The notes under the pieces: model-generated | What the model was told of the DNA's origin: nothing | What the model saw: only the letters and a program-made list of their open reading frames with translations | Database searches by the model: none | Made by a program: the position numbers and the translations under genes | Source of the DNA: Octopus sinensis | Taxonomy: Eukaryota | Assembly: GCF_006345805.1 (NCBI RefSeq) | Contig: NW_021832404.1 | Location: 22,667 to 86,666, forward strand | Length of the DNA stretch: 64,000 nucleotides | Direction of reading: 5' to 3' | Part shown: piece by piece, positions 1 through 12,000 of the stretch | Numbering within the stretch: position 1 is the stretch's first letter | How the letters are laid out: every line of letters starts with the position of its first letter

Positions 1-112
1 TCCTGACATTCCTGACATTCTAGACATTCCTGACATTCCAGACATTCCGAACATTCCAGACATTCCTGGCATTCCAGACATTCCTGACATTCCAGATATT
101 CCAGACATTCCT
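1..112 (+). repeat. 9-bp tandem array (GACATTCCW)n, truncated by the window start
   Basis: Repeated GACATTCCT/GACATTCCA units read directly; translates as poly-(PDI). Confidence 0.95.
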
Positions 113-116
113 CTTT

Positions 117-512
117 GCCGACAGAGATCAAAGAGGAGTACCGACAGAGATCAAAGAAGGTGCCGACAGAGATCAAAGAGGGTCCCCATAGAGATCAAAG
201 AGGGTGCCGACAGAGATCAAAGAGGAGTACCGACAGAGATCAAAGAAGGTGCCGACAAAGATCAAAGAGGTTGCCCACAGAGATCAAAGAAGGTGCCGAA
301 AGTGATCAAAGAGGAGTTCCGAAAAAGATCGAAGAGGAGTACCGAAAGAGATCAAAGAGGGTACCGACAGAGATCAAAGAAGGTACCGAAAGAGATCAAA
401 GAGGACTACCGAAAGAGATCAAAGAATGTGCCGACAGAGATTAAAGAGGGTGCCGAAAGAGATCAAAGAAGGGCCGACAGAGGTCAAAGAGGAGTACCGA
501 AAATGATCAAAG
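117..512 (+). repeat. 22/24-bp tandem array (GCCGACAGAGATCAAAGAGGGT, with GGAGTA variants), about 17-18 units
   Basis: Recurring RCCGAMAGAGATCAAAGA core with 22- or 24-bp spacing; followed by one inverted unit at ~519-542. Confidence 0.95.
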
Positions 513-542
513 CTGGTGTCTCTGTCGGCACCTCTGATCTCT

Positions 543-905
543 GACATTCCTCACATTATAAACATTCTTGACATTACAGGCATTCCTGACATTCCAGCCA
601 TTCCTGACATTACAGACATTCCTGACATTCCAGACATTCCTGACATTCCAGACATTCCTGACATTCCGAAAATTCCAGACATTCCTGACATTACTGGCTT
701 CCAGACATTCCTGACATTCCAGACATTCCTGACATTCCTGACATTCCTGACATTCCAGTCATTCCTGACATTCCACACATTCCTGACATTCCAGACATTT
801 CAGATATTACTGACATTCCAGACATTCCAGAAATCCTGATATTCCTGACATTCCTGACGTTCCAAACATTCCAGACATTCCTGACATCCAGACATTCCTG
901 ACATT
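543..905 (+). repeat. 9-bp tandem array (GACATTCCW)n
   Basis: About 40 GACATTCCW units with scattered substitutions. Confidence 0.95.
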
Positions 906-1104
906 TGAAACGGTTCGATATGGCTTGATCCAGTTGAACCGGTTTGATCTGGTTTGATCCGGTTTGAACCGATTTGATCTGGTTTGAACCGGTTTGATAC
1001 GGTTTGAACCGTTTTGATCCGGTTTGATCCGTTTCAACCGGTTTGATCCGGTTTGATCCGTTTTCAACCGGTTTGATCCGGTTTGAACCGGTTTAATCTG
1101 GTTT
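905..1104 (+). repeat. 10-bp tandem array (CCGGTTTGAW)n
   Basis: Repeated ccggtttgat/ccggtttgaa; followed by two inverted 22-bp units at ~1105-1148. Confidence 0.95.
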
Positions 1105-1148
1105 ATCGGCACCGTCTTTGATCTTTGTTGGCACACTCTTTGATCTCT

Positions 1149-1291
1149 GACATTCCTGACATTCCAGACATTCCTGACATTCCTGACATTCTAGACATTC
1201 CTGACATTCCTGACATCCAGACATTCCGAACATTCCAGACATTCCTGGCATTCCAGACATTCCTGACATTCCGAAAATTCCAGACATTCCT
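1149..1291 (+). repeat. 9-bp tandem array (GACATTCCW)n
   Basis: Near-identical to 1-112 at an offset of ~1179 bp. Confidence 0.95.
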
Positions 1292-1295
1292 CTTT

Positions 1296-1690
1296 GCCGA
1301 CAGAGATCAAAGAGGAGTACCGACAGAGATCAAAGAAGGTGCCGACAGAGATCAAAGAGGGTCCCCATAGAGATCAAAGAGGGTGCCCACAGAGATCAAA
1401 GAGGAGTACCGACAGAGATCAAAGAAGGTGCCGACAAAGATCAAAGAGGTTGCCCACAGAGATCAAAGAAGGTGCCGAAAGTGATCAAAGAGGAGTTCCG
1501 AAAAAGATCGAAGAGGAGTACCGAAAGAGATCAAAGAGGGTACCGACAGAGATCAAAGAGGTACCGAAAGAGATCAAAGAGGACTACCGAAAGAGATCAA
1601 AGAATGTGCCGACAGAGATTAAAGAGGGTGCCGAAAGAGATCAAAGAAGGGCCGACAGAGATCAAAGAGGAGTACCGAAAATGATCAAAG
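1296..1690 (+). repeat. 22/24-bp tandem array, second copy of 117-512
   Basis: Same diagnostic variants in the same order (gtccccatag, ttgcccacag, aagtgatc, gatcgaag, gattaaag, aaatgatc). Confidence 0.95.
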
Positions 1691-1720
1691 CTGGTGTCTC
1701 TGTCGGCACCTCTGATCTCT

Positions 1721-2085
1721 GACATTCCTCACATTATAAACATTCTTGACATTACAGGCATTCCTGACATTCCAGCCATTCCTGACATTACAGACATTCC
1801 TGACATTCCAGACATTCCTGACATTCCAGACATTCCTGACATTCCGAAAATTCCAGACATTCCTGACATTACTGGCTTTCCAGACATTCCTGACATTCCA
1901 GACATTCCTGACATTCCTGACATTCCTGACATTCCAGTCATTCCTGACATTCCACACATTCCTGACATTCCAGACATTTCAGATATTACTGACATTCCAG
2001 ACATTCCAGAAATCCTGATATTCCTGACATTCCTGACGTTCCAAACATTCCAGACATTCCTGACATTCCTGACATTCCTGACATT
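1721..2085 (+). repeat. 9-bp tandem array, second copy of 543-905
   Basis: Same variants (cacattataaacattcttg, ccagccattcc, ccgaaaattcc). Confidence 0.95.
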
Positions 2086-2265
2086 TGAACCGGTTCGATA
2101 TGGCTTGATCCAGGTTGAACCGGTTTGATCTGGTTTGATCCGGTTTGAACCGATTTGATCTGGTTTGAACCGGTTTGATACGGTTTGAACCGGTTTGATC
2201 CGGTTTGATCCGTTTCAACCGGTTTGATCCGGTTTCAACCGGTTTGATCCGGTTTAATCTGGTTT
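2086..2265 (+). repeat. 10-bp tandem array (CCGGTTTGAW)n
   Basis: Copy of 905-1104; inverted 22-bp linker follows at ~2266-2309. Confidence 0.95.
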
Positions 2266-2309
2266 ATCGGCACCGTCTTTGATCTTTGTCGGCACAAACG
2301 TTGATCTCT

Positions 2310-2601
2310 GACATTTCTGACATTCCAGACATTCCTGACATTTCAGACATTCCTGACATTCCAGACATTCCTTACATTCCAGACATTCCCGACATTCAAG
2401 ACATTCCAGACATTCCAGACATTCCTGACATTCCTGACATTCCAAACATTCCTGACATTCTAGTCATTCCTGACATTCCACACATTCCTGACATTCCAGA
2501 CATTTCAGATATTACTGACATTCCAGACATTTTAGAAATCCTGACATTCCTGACATTCCAAACATTCCAGACATTCCTGACATTCCTGACATTCCTGACA
2601 T
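2310..2601 (+). repeat. 9-bp tandem array (GACATTCCW)n
   Basis: Direct reading of units. Confidence 0.95.
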
Positions 2602-2743
2602 TTGAACCGGTTCGTTATGGCTTGATCCAGGTTGAACCGGTTTGATCTGGTTTGATCCGGTTTGAACCGATTTGATCTGGTTTGAACCGGCTTGATCCGG
2701 TTTGATCCGGTTTCAACCGGTTTGATCCGGTTTAATCCGGTTT
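2602..2743 (+). repeat. 10-bp tandem array (CCGGTTTGAW)n
   Basis: Third copy; inverted 22-bp linker follows at ~2744-2787. Confidence 0.95.
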
Positions 2744-2787
2744 ATCAGCACCGTCTTTGATCTTTGTCGGCACAAACTTTGATCTCT

Positions 2788-3028
2788 GACATTTCTGACA
2801 TTCCAGACATTCCTGACATTTCAGACATTCCTGACATTCCAGACATTCCTTACATTCCAGACATTCCCGACATTCCCGACATTCCCGACATTCCAGACAT
2901 TCCTGACATTCCAGACATTCCTGACATTCCTGACATTCCAAACATTCCTGATATTCTAGACATTCCTGATATTCCAGACATTCCTGACATTCCAGATATT
3001 CCTGACATTCCAGACATTCCAGAAATCC
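2788..3028 (+). repeat. 9-bp tandem array abutting the 58-bp satellite
   Basis: GACATTCCW units run directly into tgaacatttcagggagg at 3029. Confidence 0.95.
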
Positions 3029-6000
3029 TGAACATTTCAGGGAGGAGGATTTGAAGGTGAAGGTAAGGAATGGGAAGAAGGAATATTTAACATTCCAGGG
3101 AGGGGGATTTGAAGGTAAAGGGGAGGAATGGGAAGAAGGAATATTGATCATTCCAGAGAGAGGGATTTGAAGGTAAAGTGGAGGAATGGGAAGAAGGAAT
3201 ATTGAACATTCCAGAGAGGGGGATTTGAAGGTAAAGGGGAGGAAAGGGAAGAAGGAATATTGAACATTGCATAGGGGGGGTTTGAAGGTGAAGGGGAGGA
3301 ATGGGAAGAAGGAATACGGAACATTCCAGAGAGGGAGATTTCAAGGTAAATTGAGGAATTGGAAGGAGGAATATTGAACATTCCAGAGAAAGGGATTTAA
3401 AGAGAAAGGGGAGGAATGGGAAGAAGGAATATTGAACATTCCAGAGAGGGGGATTTGAAGGTAAAGGGGAGGAATGGGAAGAAGGAATATTGAACATTCC
3501 AGGGAGGAGGATTTGATGGTGAAGTTAAGGAATGGGAAGAAGGATTATTGAACATTCCAGAGAGGGGGATTTGAAGGGAAGGGGGAGGAGTGGGAAGATG
3601 GAATATTAAACATTCCAGAGAGGGGGATTTGAAGGTGAAGGGGAGGAAGGGGAGGAAGGAACATTGAACATTGCAGAGAGGGGGATTTGAAGATGAAGGG
3701 GAGGAATGGGAAGAAGGAATATTGAACATTCCAGAGAGAGGGATTTGAAGGTAAAGGGGAGGAATGGGAAGAAGGAATATTGAACATTCCAGAGAGGGGG
3801 ATTTAAAGGTGAAAGGGAGGAAGGGGTGGAAGGAATATTGAACATTCCAGAGAGGGGGATTTTGAAGGGGAAGGGGAGGAAGGGGAGGAAGGGATACTGA
3901 ACATTCCAGAGAGGGGGATTTGAAAGTGATCGTGAGGAAGGGGAGGAAGGAATATTGAACTTCCATCCGGGAGGGGGATTTGAAGGTGAAGGGGAGGAAG
4001 TGGAGAATGGAATACTTTACATTCCAGAGAGGGGGAATTGAAGGTAAAGGGGAGGAATGGGAAGAAGAGAATATTTAACCTTCAAGAGAGGGGGATTTGA
4101 AGGTGAAGGTAAGGAATGGGAGAAAGGAATATTGAACATTCCAGAGAGAGGGATTTGAAGGTAAAGTGGAGGAATGGGAAGAAGGAATATTGAACATTCC
4201 AAGAGGGGGATTTTGAAGGGGAAGGGGAGGAAGGGGAGGAAGGGATACTGAACATTCCAGAGAGGGGGATTTGAAAGTGATCGTGAGGAAGGGGAGGAAG
4301 GAATATTGAACATTCCAGGGAGGGGGATTTGAAGGTGAAGGGGAGGAAGTGGAGAATGGAATACTTTACATTCCAGAGAGGGGGAATTGAAGGTAAAGGG
4401 GAGGAATGGGAAGAAGGAATATTTAACCTTCAAGAGAGGGGGATTTGAAGGTGAAGGTAAGGAATGGGAGAAAGGAATATTGAACATTCGAGAGAGGGAT
4501 TTGAAGGTAAAGGTGAGGAATGGAAGAAGGAATATTGAACATTCCAGAGAGGGGGATTTGAAGGTAAAGGGGAGGAAGGGAAGAAGGAATATTGAACATT
4601 GCATAGGGGGTTTGAAGTGAAGGGGAGGAATGGGAAGAAGGAATACGGAACATTCCAGAGAGGGAGATTTCAAGGTAAATTGAGGAATTGGAAGGAGGAA
4701 TATTGAACATTTCAGAGAAAGGGACTTAAATGGAAAGGGGAGGAATAGGAAGAAGGAATATTGAACATTCCAGAGAGGGGGATTTGAAGGTAAAGGGGAG
4801 GAATGGGAAGAAGGAATATTGAACATTCCAGGGAGGAGGATTTGATGGTGAAGTTAAGGAATGGGAAGAAGGATTATTGAACATTCCAGAGAGGGGGATT
4901 TTGAAGGAAGGGGGAGGAGTGGGAAGATGGAATATTAAACATTCCAGAGAGGGGGATTTGAAGGTGAAGGGGAGGAAGGAACATTGAACATTGCAGAGAG
5001 GGGGATTTGAAGATGAAGGGGAGGAATGGAAGAAGGAATATGAACATTCCAGAGAGAGGGATTTGAAGGTAAAGGGGAGGAATGGGAAGAAGGAATATTG
5101 AACATTCCAGAGAGGGGGATTTAAAGGTGAAAGGGAGGAAGGGGTGGAAGGAATATTGAACATTCCAGAGAGGGGGATTTTGAAGGGGAAGGGGAGGAAG
5201 GGGAGGAAGGGATACTGAACATTCCAGAGAGGGGGATTTGAAGGTGATCGTGAGGAAGGGGAGGAAGGAATATTGAACATTCCAGGGAGGGGGATTTGAA
5301 GGTGAAGGGGAGGAAGTGGAGAATGGAATACTTTACATTCCAGAGAGGGGGAATTGAAGGTAAAGGGGAGGAATGGGAAGAAGGAATATTTAACCTTCAA
5401 GAGAGGGGGATTTGAAGGTGAAGGTAAGGAATGGGAGAAAGGAATATTGAACATTACAGAAAAGGGGATTTGAAGGTAAAGGGAAGGAATGGGAAGAAGG
5501 AATATTGAACATTCCAGTGAGGGGATTTAAAGGTAAAGGGGTGGAATGGGAAGAAGGAATATTGAATATTCCAGGGAGGAGGATTTGAAGGTGAAGGTAA
5601 GGAATGGGAAGAAGGAATATTGAACATTACAGAGAAGGGGATTTGAAGGTAAAGGGGAGGAATGGGAAGAAGGAATATTGAACATTCCAGAGAGGGGGAT
5701 TTGAAGGTAATGGGGAGGAATGGGAAGAAGGAATATTTAACCTTTCAAAGAGTGGGATTTGAAGGTGAAGGTAAGGAATGGGAAGAAGGAATATTGAACA
5801 TTCCAGGGAGGGGGATTTGAAGGTGATTGGGAGGAATGGGAAGAAGGAATATTGAACATTCCAGAGAGAGGGATTTGCAGGTAAAGTGGAGGAATGGGAA
5901 GAAGGAATATTGAACATTCCAGAGAGGGGATTTGAAGGTAAAGGGGAGGAATGGGAAGAAGGAATATTGAACATTCCATAGGGGGGATTTGAAGGTGAAG

Positions 6001-9000
6001 TGGAGGAATGGCAAGAAGTAATATTGAACATTTCAGAGAGGGGGATTTAAAGGTAAAGGGGAGGAATGGGAATAAGGAATATTCAACATTCCACAGAAGG
6101 GGATTTGAAGGTAAAGGGGAGGAATGGGGAGGAGGAATATTGAACATTCCAGAGAGGGAGATTTGAAGGTAAAGGCGAGGAATGGGAAGAAGGAATATTG
6201 AACATTCCAGAGAGGGGGATTTAAAGGGGAAGGTGAGAAATGGGAAGAAGGAATATTGAACATTCCAGAGAGGGAGATTTGAAGGTAAAGGGGAGGAATG
6301 GGAAGAAGGAATATTGAACATTCCAGAGAGGGGGATTTGAAGGCGAAGGGGAGGAAGTGGAGAATGGAATACTGAACATTCCAGAGAGGGGGAATTGAAG
6401 GTAAATAGGAGGAATGCGAAAAAGGAATATTGAACATTACAGAGAAGGGGATTTGAAGGTGAATTGGAGGTAGGGGTGGAAGGAATATTGAACATTCCAG
6501 AGAGGGGGATTTGAAGATGAAGGGGAGGAAGGGGAGGAAGGAATATTGAACATTCCACTGGGGGGATTTGAAGGTGAAGGTGAGGAATGGGAAAAGTAAT
6601 ATTAAACATTCCAGAGACGGAGATTTCAAGGTAAAGGGGATGAGTGGGAAGAAGGAATATTGAACATTCCAGAGAGGGGGATTTGAAGGTGAAAGGGATG
6701 AAGGGGAGGAAGGAATATTGAACGTTCCAGAGAGGGAGATTTGAAGGTGAAGGGGAGGAAGGGGAGGAAGGAATATTGAACATTCCAGAGAGTGGTATTT
6801 GAAAGTGGATAGGAGGATGCAGAGGAGGGAATACTGAACATTCCAGAGAGGGGGATTTGAAGGTGAAGGGGAGGAAGGGGAGGAAGGAATATTGAACATA
6901 CCAGAGAGGGGGATATGAAGGTGAAGGGGAGGAAGGGGGAAGGAATATTGAACATTCCACAGAGGGGGATTTGAAGGTAAATGGGAAGAATGGGAAGAAG
7001 GAATATTTAACATTCCAGGGAGAGGGATTTGAAGGTAAAGTGGAGGAATGGGAAGAAGGAATATTGAAGATTACAGAGAGGAGTATTTGAAGGTGAAGGG
7101 AAGGAATGGGAAGAAGGAATATTGAACATTACAGAGAAGGGGATTTGAAGGTAAAGGGGAGGAATGGGAAAAAGGAATATTCAACATTCCACAGAGGGGG
7201 ATTTGTAGGTGAAGGGGAGAAAGGGGAGGAAGGAAGACTGAACATTCCAGAGAGGAGGATTTGAAGGTAAAGTAAGGAATGGGAAGAAGGAATATCTAAC
7301 ATTCCAGAGAGGGGGATTTGAAGGTGAAGGTAAGGAATGGGAGAAAGGAATATTGAACATTCCAGGGAGTGGGATTTCAAGGTAAAGGGGAGGAATGGGA
7401 AGAAGGAATATTGAACATTCCAGAGAGGGGGATTTAAAGGTAAATGGGTGGAATGGGAAGAAGGAATTTTGAACATTCCAGAGAAAGGGATTTGAAGGTA
7501 AAGAGGAGGAATGGGAAGAAGGAATATTTAACCTTTCAAAGAGGGGGATATGAAGGCGAAGGTAAGGAATGGGAAGGAGGAATATTGTACATTCCATAGA
7601 GGGGGATTTGAAGGTAAAGGGGAGGAATGGGAAGAAGTAATATTGAAAATTGCAGAGAGGGGGATTTGAAGGTAAAGGGGAGGAATGGGAAGAAGGTATA
7701 TTGAACATTCCAGAGAGGGTGATTTGAAGGTAAAGGGGAGGAATGGGAAGAAGGAATATTGAACATTCCACGGAGGAGGATTTGAAGGTGAAGGTAAGGA
7801 ATGGGAAGAAGGAAAATTGAACATTACAGAGAAGGGGATTTGAAGGTAAATGGGAGGAATGGGAATAAGGAATATTCAACATTCCACAGAAGGGGATTTG
7901 AAAGTGAAGGTGAGGAATGGGAAGAAGGAATATTGAACATTCCAGAGAAGGGGATTTGAAGGTAAATGGGAGGAATGGGAATAAGGAATATTCAACATTC
8001 CACAGAAGGGGATTTGAAGGTGAAGGTGAGGAATGGGAAGAAGGAATATTGAACATTCCAGAGAGGGGGATTTGAAGGTGAAGGGGATGAATGTGAAGAA
8101 GGAATATTCAACATTCCAGAGAGGGGGATTTGAAGGTGAAGGGGAGGAAGAGGAGGAAGGAACATTGAACATTGCAGAGAGTGGGATTTGAAGATGAAGG
8201 GGAGGAAGGGGAGGAATGAATATTGAACATTCCAGAGAGGGGTATTTGAAGGTGAAGGGAGGAATGGAAGAAGGATATTCAACATTCCAGAGTGTAGTAT
8301 GTGAAGGTAAAGGGGAGGAATGGAAAAGGAATATTGAACATTCCAGAGAGGGGGATTTGAAGGTGAAGGGGAAGAAGGGAGGAAGGGATACTGAACATTC
8401 CAGAGAGGGGATTTGAAGGTGAATTGGAGGTAGGGGTGGAAGGAATATTGAACATTCCAGAGAGGGGGATTTGAAGATGAAGGGGAGGAAGGGGAGGAAG
8501 GAATATTGAACATTCCAGAGAGTGGTATTTGAAGGTAAACGGGAGGAATGGGAACAAGAAGTATTGAACATAACAGGAGGGGGATTTGAAGGTAAAGGGG
8601 AGGAATGGGAAGAAGGAATATTTAACGTTCCAGAGAGGGGGATTTAAGGTAAAAGGGTGGAATGTGAAGAAGGAATATTGAACATTCCAGAGAAAGGGAT
8701 TTGAAGGTAAGGGGAGGAATGGGAGAAGGAATATTGAACATTACAGGGAGGAGGATTTGAAGGTGAAGGGAAGGAATGGGTAGAAGGAATATTGAACATT
8801 CAGAGAAGGGGATTTGAAGGTAAAGGGGAGGAATGGGAAGAAGGAATATTCAACATTCCACAGAGGGAGACTTGAAGGTAAATGGGAGGAATGGGAAGAA
8901 GGAATATTTAACCTTTCAATGAGGTGGATTTGAAGGTGAAGGTAAGGAATGGGAAGAAGGAATATTGAACATGCCAGAGAGGGGGATTTGAAGGTAAAGG

Positions 9001-12000
9001 GGAGGAATGGGAAGAAGTAATATTGAACATTCCAGAGAGGGCGATTTGAAGGTAAAGAGGAGGAAGGGGAAGAAGGAATTTTGAACATTCCAGAGGGGGA
9101 TTTGAAGGTAAAGGGGAGGAATGGGAAGAAGGAATATTGAACATTCCATGGAGGAGGATTTGAAGGTGAAGGTAAGGAATGGGAAGAGGTATATTGAACA
9201 TTACAGAGAAATGGATTTGAAGGTAATGGGAGGAATGGGAATAAGGAATATTCAACATTCCACAGAAGGTGATTTGAAGGTAAGGGGAGGAAGGGGAATA
9301 AGGAATATTGAACATTCCATAGAGATGGATTTGAAGGTAAAGGGTAGGAATGGGAAGAAGGAATACTGAACATTCCAGAGAGGGATATTTGAAGGTAAAG
9401 GGGAAGAAGGGGAAGAAGAATATTGAACATTCCAGAGAGGGGATTTGAAGGTAAATGGGAGGAATGGGAAGAAGGAATATTAAACATTCCAGAGAGGGGG
9501 ATTTGAAGGTGATGGGTAGGAAGGGGAGGAAGGAACATGAACATTGCAGAGAGTGGGATTTGGAGGTGAAGGGGAGGAAGGGGAGGAATGAATATTGAAC
9601 AATCCAGATAGGGGGATTTGAAGGTGAAGGGAGGAATGGAAGAAGGAATATTCAACATTCCAGAGAGTAGTTGTGAAGGTAAAGGGGAAGAATGGGAAGA
9701 AGGAATATTGAACATTACAGAGAGGGGATTTGAAGGTGAATTGGAGGAAGAGGAGGAAGGAATATTGAACATTCCAGAGAGGGGGATTTGAAGGTGAAGG
9801 GGAGGAAGGAATATTGAACATTCCAGAGAGGGGGATTTGAAGGTGAAGGGGAGCAAAGGAGGAAGGAATATTGAACATTCCAGAGAGGGGGATTTGAAGA
9901 TGAAGGGGAGGAAGGGGAGAAGGAATATTGAACATTCCAGAGAGGGGGATTTGAAGGTGAAGGGAGGAAGAAATATTGAACATTGTAGAGAGGGGGATAT
10001 GAAGGTGAAGGGGAGGAAGGGGAGGAAGGAATATTGAACATTTCAGAGAGGTGGATTTGAAGTTGAAGGGGAGGAGTGGAGGAAGGAATATTGAACATTC
10101 CAGAGAGTGGATTTGAAGGTGAAGGGGAGGAGAGGAGAATGAATACTGAACATTCCAGAGATGGGGATTTCAAGGTGAATTGGAGTATGGGTGGAAGGAA
10201 TATTGAACATTCCAGAGAGGGGATTTGAAGATGAAGGGGAGGAAGGGGAGGAAGGAATATTGAACATTCCACTGGGGGGATTTGAGGTGAAGGGAGGAAT
10301 GGGAAAAGGAATATTGAACATTCCAGAGACGGAGATTTCAAGGTAAAGGGGATGAGTGGGAAAAGGAATATTGAACATTCCAGAGAGGGGGATTTGAAGG
10401 TGAAAGGGATGAAGGGGAGAAGGAATATTGAACATTCCAGAGAGGAGATTTGAAGGTGAAGGGGAGGAAGGGGGAGGGATATTGAAAATTCCAGAGAGTG
10501 GTATTTGAAAGTGAAGGGGAGGAAGGGGAGGAAGGAATATTGAACATACCAGAGAGGGGGATATGAAGGTGAAGGGGAGGAAGGGGTGGAAGGAATATTG
10601 AACATTCCAGAGAGTGGTATTTGAAAGTGAAGGGGAGGAAGGGGAGAAAGGAATACTGAACATTCCATAGAGGGGGATTTGAAGGTAAAGGGGAGGAATG
10701 GGATGGAGGAATATTGAACATTCCAGAGATGGAGATTTAAAGGTAAAGGGGTGGAATGGGTAGAAGGAGTATTGAACATTCCAGAGAGAGGGATTTGAAG
10801 GTAATGGGGAGGAATGGGAAGAAGGAATATTGATCATTCCAGGGAGGAGGATTTGAAGGTGAAGAGAAGGAATGGGAAGAAGGAATATTGAACATTACAG
10901 AGAAGGGGATTTGAAGGTATAGGGGAGGAAGAGAAAGAAGGAATATTCAACATTCCACAGAGGGGGATTTGAAGGTAAACGGGAGGAATGGGAACAAGAA
11001 GTATTGAAACATATGTGGAGGGGATTTAAGGTAAAGGGGAGGGTGGGAAGAAGGAATATTGAAAAGAGAAGGATTTAAAGTAAAAGGGTGGAATGGGAAG
11101 AGGAATATTCCAGAGAAAGGGATTTGAAGGTAAGGGGAAGATGGGAAGAAGGAATATTTGACCATTACAGGGAGGAGGATTTGAAGGTGAAGGGAAGGAA
11201 TGGGAAGAAGGAATATTGAACATTACATAGAAGGGATTTGATGGTAAAGGGGAGGAATGGGAAGAAGGAATATTCAACATTCCACAGAGGGAGACTTGAA
11301 GGTAAATGGGAGGAATGGGAAGAAGGAATATTTAACCTTTCAAGAGGTGGATTTGAAGGTGAAGTAAGGAATGGGAAGAAGGAATATTGAACATTCCAGA
11401 GAGGGGGATTTGAAGGTAAAGGGGAGGAATGGGATGAAGTAATATTGAACATTCCAGAGAGAGGTGATTTGAAGGTAAAGAGGAGGAATTGGAAGAAGGA
11501 ATATTGAACATTCCAGAGAGGTGATTTGAAGGCAAAGGGGAGGAATGGGAAGAAGGAATATTGAACATTCCATGGAGGAGGATGTGAAGGTGAAGGTAAG
11601 GAATGGAGGAAGGAATATTGAACATTACAGAGAAAGGGATTTGAAGGTAAATGGGAGGAAGGGAATAAAGAATATTCAACATTCCAAGAAGGGGGATTTG
11701 AAGGTAGGGGAGGAAGGGGAAGAAGGAATATTGAACATTCCATAGAGATGTATTTGAAGGTAAAGGGGAGGAATGGGAAGAAGGAATATTGCATCCAGAG
11801 GGGATATTTGAAGGTAAAGGGGAGGAGGGGAAGAAGAATATTGAACATTCCAGAGAGGTGGATTTGAAGGTAAATGGGAGGAATGGAAGAAGGAATATTA
11901 ACATTCCAGAGAGGGGGATTTGAAGGTGAAGGCTAGGAAGGGGAGGAAGGAACATTGAACATTGCAGAGAGTGGGATTTGAGATGAAGGGGAGGAAGGGG

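Noticed and set aside
1-3028. Poly-(PDI), (SGM), (ECQ/ECL) and PTEIKE/RDQR ORFs resembling collagen-like, metallothionein-like or antifreeze proteins
   Set aside because: They are translations of 9- and 22-bp DNA repeats, open on both strands and in several frames, with no unique domain or splice structure.
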